DNA of 64,000 nucleotides from Escherichia coli O157:H7 (GTDB lineage Bacteria; Pseudomonadota; Gammaproteobacteria; Enterobacterales; Enterobacteriaceae): NCBI RefSeq assembly GCF_013167455.1, contig NZ_CP038328.1; one strand, 5' to 3'. Shown piece by piece: positions 61,773 to 64,000 of this stretch (position 1 is its first letter; each line of letters starts with the position of its first letter). The notes under the pieces were generated by a model. It saw only the letters and a program-made list of their open reading frames with translations, ran no database searches and was not told where the DNA came from. The position numbers and the translations under genes were made by a program.

Positions 61773-62458
61773 ATAACCACTATTTACAGTTTGTGCGTGA
61801 GCAGCTCATTATCGCCACCGCTGATTTGAGTGGGGCAACAAAAGGTCAGCTTGAAGCCTGGCAGGAGAATGCCATGTTCGATACAGGGCGTTACAGGCGA
61901 AAAAAAATCCGGTACCGCGATGAAGTGACTGGAAAAATGATAACGCGGGATAATCCACCAATCCCGGGAAAGCAATCGCTGGCGAAGGTGACGTCAATTC
62001 CTCTGGTCAGTCCGGTTGAGTTTTCGACATCATCGTGGCGGCGGGCTGTTCTGTCTCTTGAAGAACATCATAAAGCCTGGTTGTTGTGGTGTTACAGCGG
62101 GAGTATTTGTTGGGAATATCAGATCGCGATAACACAGTGGGCGTGGAATGAATTTAATACTCAATCCGGTACCAGAAAAATTGCAGGGAAAACGCAGGAA
62201 CGCCTGAAAAAATTAATCTGGCTGGCGGCGCAGGCAGTAAAAGCAGAACTTTTTGGTGGGGAAGGTTATGAATACAAGGAGCTGGCATTACTGGTGGGAG
62301 TGACAACTAAAAACTGGTCCAAAACATTTACTCGTCACTGGGTTGCAATGAAACACATTTTTCACCGACTGGATAGTGAGGCTTTATTGTTTGTAATGAG
62401 AACGCGTTCAAAACAAAAGGCGGCATTTTCAAAGCAAAGTGTTGCAAAAGTAGATTGA
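61769..62458 (+). CDS. Late-gene antiterminator Q
   Basis: ~229-aa ORF overlapping the rusA stop (ATGA), directly upstream of a terminator and the tRNA trio. Confidence 0.75.
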   Translation: MNNHYLQFVREQLIIATADLSGATKGQLEAWQENAMFDTGRYRRKKIRYRDEVTGKMITRDNPPIPGKQSLAKVTSIPLVSPVEFSTSSWRRAVLSLEEHHKAWLLWCYSGSICWEYQIAITQWAWNEFNTQSGTRKIAGKTQERLKKLIWLAAQAVKAELFGGEGYEYKELALLVGVTTKNWSKTFTRHWVAMKHIFHRLDSEALLFVMRTRSKQKAAFSKQSVAKVD

Positions 62459-62522
62459 AAGGCATATATTTCATGCAAATCTGATATTTTGCCGATTTTG
62501 TACGTGATGGCAAAAGCAAACA

Positions 62523-62547
62523 AAACCCGCCCACAAGCGGGTTTTTT
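62523..62547 (+). terminator. tR'-like rho-independent terminator downstream of Q
   Basis: aaacccgcccacaagcggg hairpin followed by T7. Confidence 0.7.
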
Positions 62548-62668
62548 TGTGCCACTTATCTCGGATAGACATGGTGAATGCGCTGGTGGAGGAAGTAAGG
62601 GTAATTTTTAACCAGGTGATTCTTGAATGCTTGCAACATTGATTTCGTAACGTTATTATCCTGCGCCC

Positions 62669-62744
62669 GGCCCTTTAGCTCAGTGGTGAGAGCGAGCGAC
62701 TCATAATCGCCAGGCCGCTGGTTCAAATCCAGCAAGGGCCACCA
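62669..62744 (+). tRNA. ileZ: tRNA with CAU anticodon, Ile2 (lysidine) type; ileZ-like
   Basis: 76 nt, 7-bp acceptor stem, anticodon loop cuCAUaa, T-arm gctgg/ttcaaat/ccagc, 3' CCA. Confidence 0.85.
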
Positions 62745-62751
62745 TCACATA

Positions 62752-62828
62752 CCGCCATTAGCTCATCGGGATAGAACGCCAGCCTTCGAAGCTGGTTTCG
62801 CGGGGTTCGAGTCTCCGATGGCGGTCCA
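62752..62828 (+). tRNA. tRNA-Arg (anticodon UCG)
   Basis: 77 nt, anticodon loop cuUCGaa, T-loop ttcgagt, 3' CCA. Confidence 0.8.
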
Positions 62829-62841
62829 TTATCGGTATTCT

Positions 62842-62918
62842 GCGTTTTTAGCTCAGCAGGACAGAGCAATTGCCTTCTAAGCAATCGGTCACTGGTTCGA
62901 CTCCAGTACAACGCGCCA
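62842..62918 (+). tRNA. tRNA-Arg (anticodon UCU)
   Basis: 77 nt, anticodon loop cuUCUaa, T-loop ttcgact, 3' CCA. Confidence 0.8.
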
Positions 62919-62998
62919 CACTTATTTTCCCGGCTCGCTTTTGCGGGCCTTTTTTGTATCTGCGCCACGCCCGGCACATACCAACCACAGAGCCTTTC

Positions 62999-63008
62999 GG
63001 GGGGGGGG
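62999..63008. repeat. G10 homopolymer tract ~83 bp upstream of the TerB-like gene
   Basis: Ten consecutive G (cgggggggggga) read directly from the sequence. Confidence 0.9.
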
Positions 63009-63090
63009 AGCTTACGGAGTGGTCAGTGTGACTTTCTCTGTGGGCAGATCGCTCCCGGGCGTTGGCTCACCCACCCAAAGGAACGTCACG

Positions 63091-63523
63091 ATGTTTGGTA
63101 TTTTTGGTAAAAAAAGCCCGCAGAGCGGCAACGGAAATTAAAAAGTTTGAAAAACGCGATCTGGCACAGGTGGTGATTAACGCCGCATACCTGGTGGCCT
63201 GTGCAGATGGTGAATGTGAGGCATCCGAGAAAGCGAAGATCGAACAGGTACTGCGTAATCAGCCTGCGCTGTCCGCGTTTACGTCAGAAATTAATGCGAT
63301 TAGCGCAACCATTATCGGTCAGCTGGATACGAACTTTAAAACTGGTCGTCGTGCGGCGTTACGTGAGATCGAGGATGTGAAACACGATACGCGTGAAGCG
63401 GAAGATGTGCTGGATGTGGCGGTGGCCATTGCGGAGGCAGACGGCGAAATTGAGCCGGAAGAGCGCAAGGTGCTGGAAGAGATTGCCGGTGTTCTGGGTC
63501 TTCGTCTGGAGAATCACCTGTGA
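63091..63523 (+). CDS. TerB-family (tellurite-resistance TerB-like) cargo gene; frame interrupted at an A7 tract after codon 8
   Basis: ATG 63091 with AAAGGA SD encodes MFGIFGKK..., hits a stop after 16 codons; the +1 frame carries the 140-aa TerB-like body with paired ADGE motifs. Confidence 0.55.
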
Positions 63524-63687
63524 CGGTAAAACTGCGCCTGACTGTGGCTGCACTCCTGCTGTTTCTGGTGGTGATGGTGGATTTCACCAGCAGAATCATG
63601 TCGGTGCTGGCGGATGGGGTGCTGGTCTGCGGCATTGTGGTATTGCTGTGGCCGGTGATAAAAAGAAACAGCCTGCATAATGCTTGA
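63520..63687 (+). CDS. 55-aa two-TM small membrane protein coupled to the TerB-like gene
   Basis: GTG overlapping the upstream TGA (GTGA); VTVKLRLTVAALLLFLVVMVDF...GIVVLLWPVIKRNSLHNA. Confidence 0.4.
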   Translation: MTVKLRLTVAALLLFLVVMVDFTSRIMSVLADGVLVCGIVVLLWPVIKRNSLHNA

Positions 63688-64000
63688 TTTTTTTGTTTGC
63701 TGTTTATTAAAAACACTTCTGCATGGTGAATCCCCCTGTGCGGAGGGGCGATCAGCAAGAAGGTATATGGGATAATCGCGGATTCAGGTGCTGGTACTGA
63801 ATTCACCGGGAGGCACCCGGCACCATGCTTTGCCACAAAAGTGTTATTTCTGTTTTTCTCAAACTATCATCGTTATCCCTTTATTTCCGGCTGCGCATGG
63901 CGCGGCCTTTTTTTTACGACCAGCCACTGGCAGATGGTCATCCTGTGATTTGATTCCGGTTCCGGCTTTTTAACTCTGTTCCTGTACACGGGAGAAATTC

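Larger units (their letters stand above)
48547..64000. mobile_element. Degraded Qin-like lambdoid prophage, left end truncated, right side continues beyond the window
   Basis: Integrase remnant, xis, dicB/DicF module, CI/Cro-like switch, O/P-like replication genes, hok, rusA, Q and tRNA trio in canonical lambdoid order. Confidence 0.85.

Noticed and set aside
63336..63836. 166-aa minus-strand ORF
   Set aside because: Antisense to the TerB-like gene and the coupled small membrane ORF; no SD; the plus-strand products have recognisable features.

Overview
No database search was run; all identifications rest on the six-frame ORF track, direct reading of the sequence and recalled protein families. 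The window is enterobacterial chromosome, almost certainly Escherichia coli. Positions 1-48,300 are core genome syntenic with the K-12 add-malYXI-hdhA-uidRABC-ydgA-manA-fumAC-tus-rstBA-folM-pntAB-tqsA-mdtJI-asr-ynfM-mlc-clcB-dmsD-ynfHGFE-speG-ynfA segment, in reverse orientation. uidA carries a 2-bp frameshift that matches the GUS-negative O157:H7 allele as I recall it, and uidC also appears frameshifted. From about 48,460 to the window end is the left and central part of a degraded Qin-like lambdoid prophage. Its truncated integrase abuts a 29-codon rspA remnant. It then carries xis, a large stand-alone DEDDh exonuclease, ydfD-dicB-DicF, a paaR2-paaA2-parE2 toxin-antitoxin cassette in the immunity region, cro/cII-like genes, O-like and DnaC-like replication genes with iterons, a hok-type toxin, DUF968, rusA, Q and three tRNAs. 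The most interesting candidate is a TerB-family gene plus a coupled small membrane protein at the cargo position downstream of Q and the tRNAs. It has a G10 tract upstream and an A7 tract that breaks its reading frame near the start. No CRISPR array and no IS element were found.
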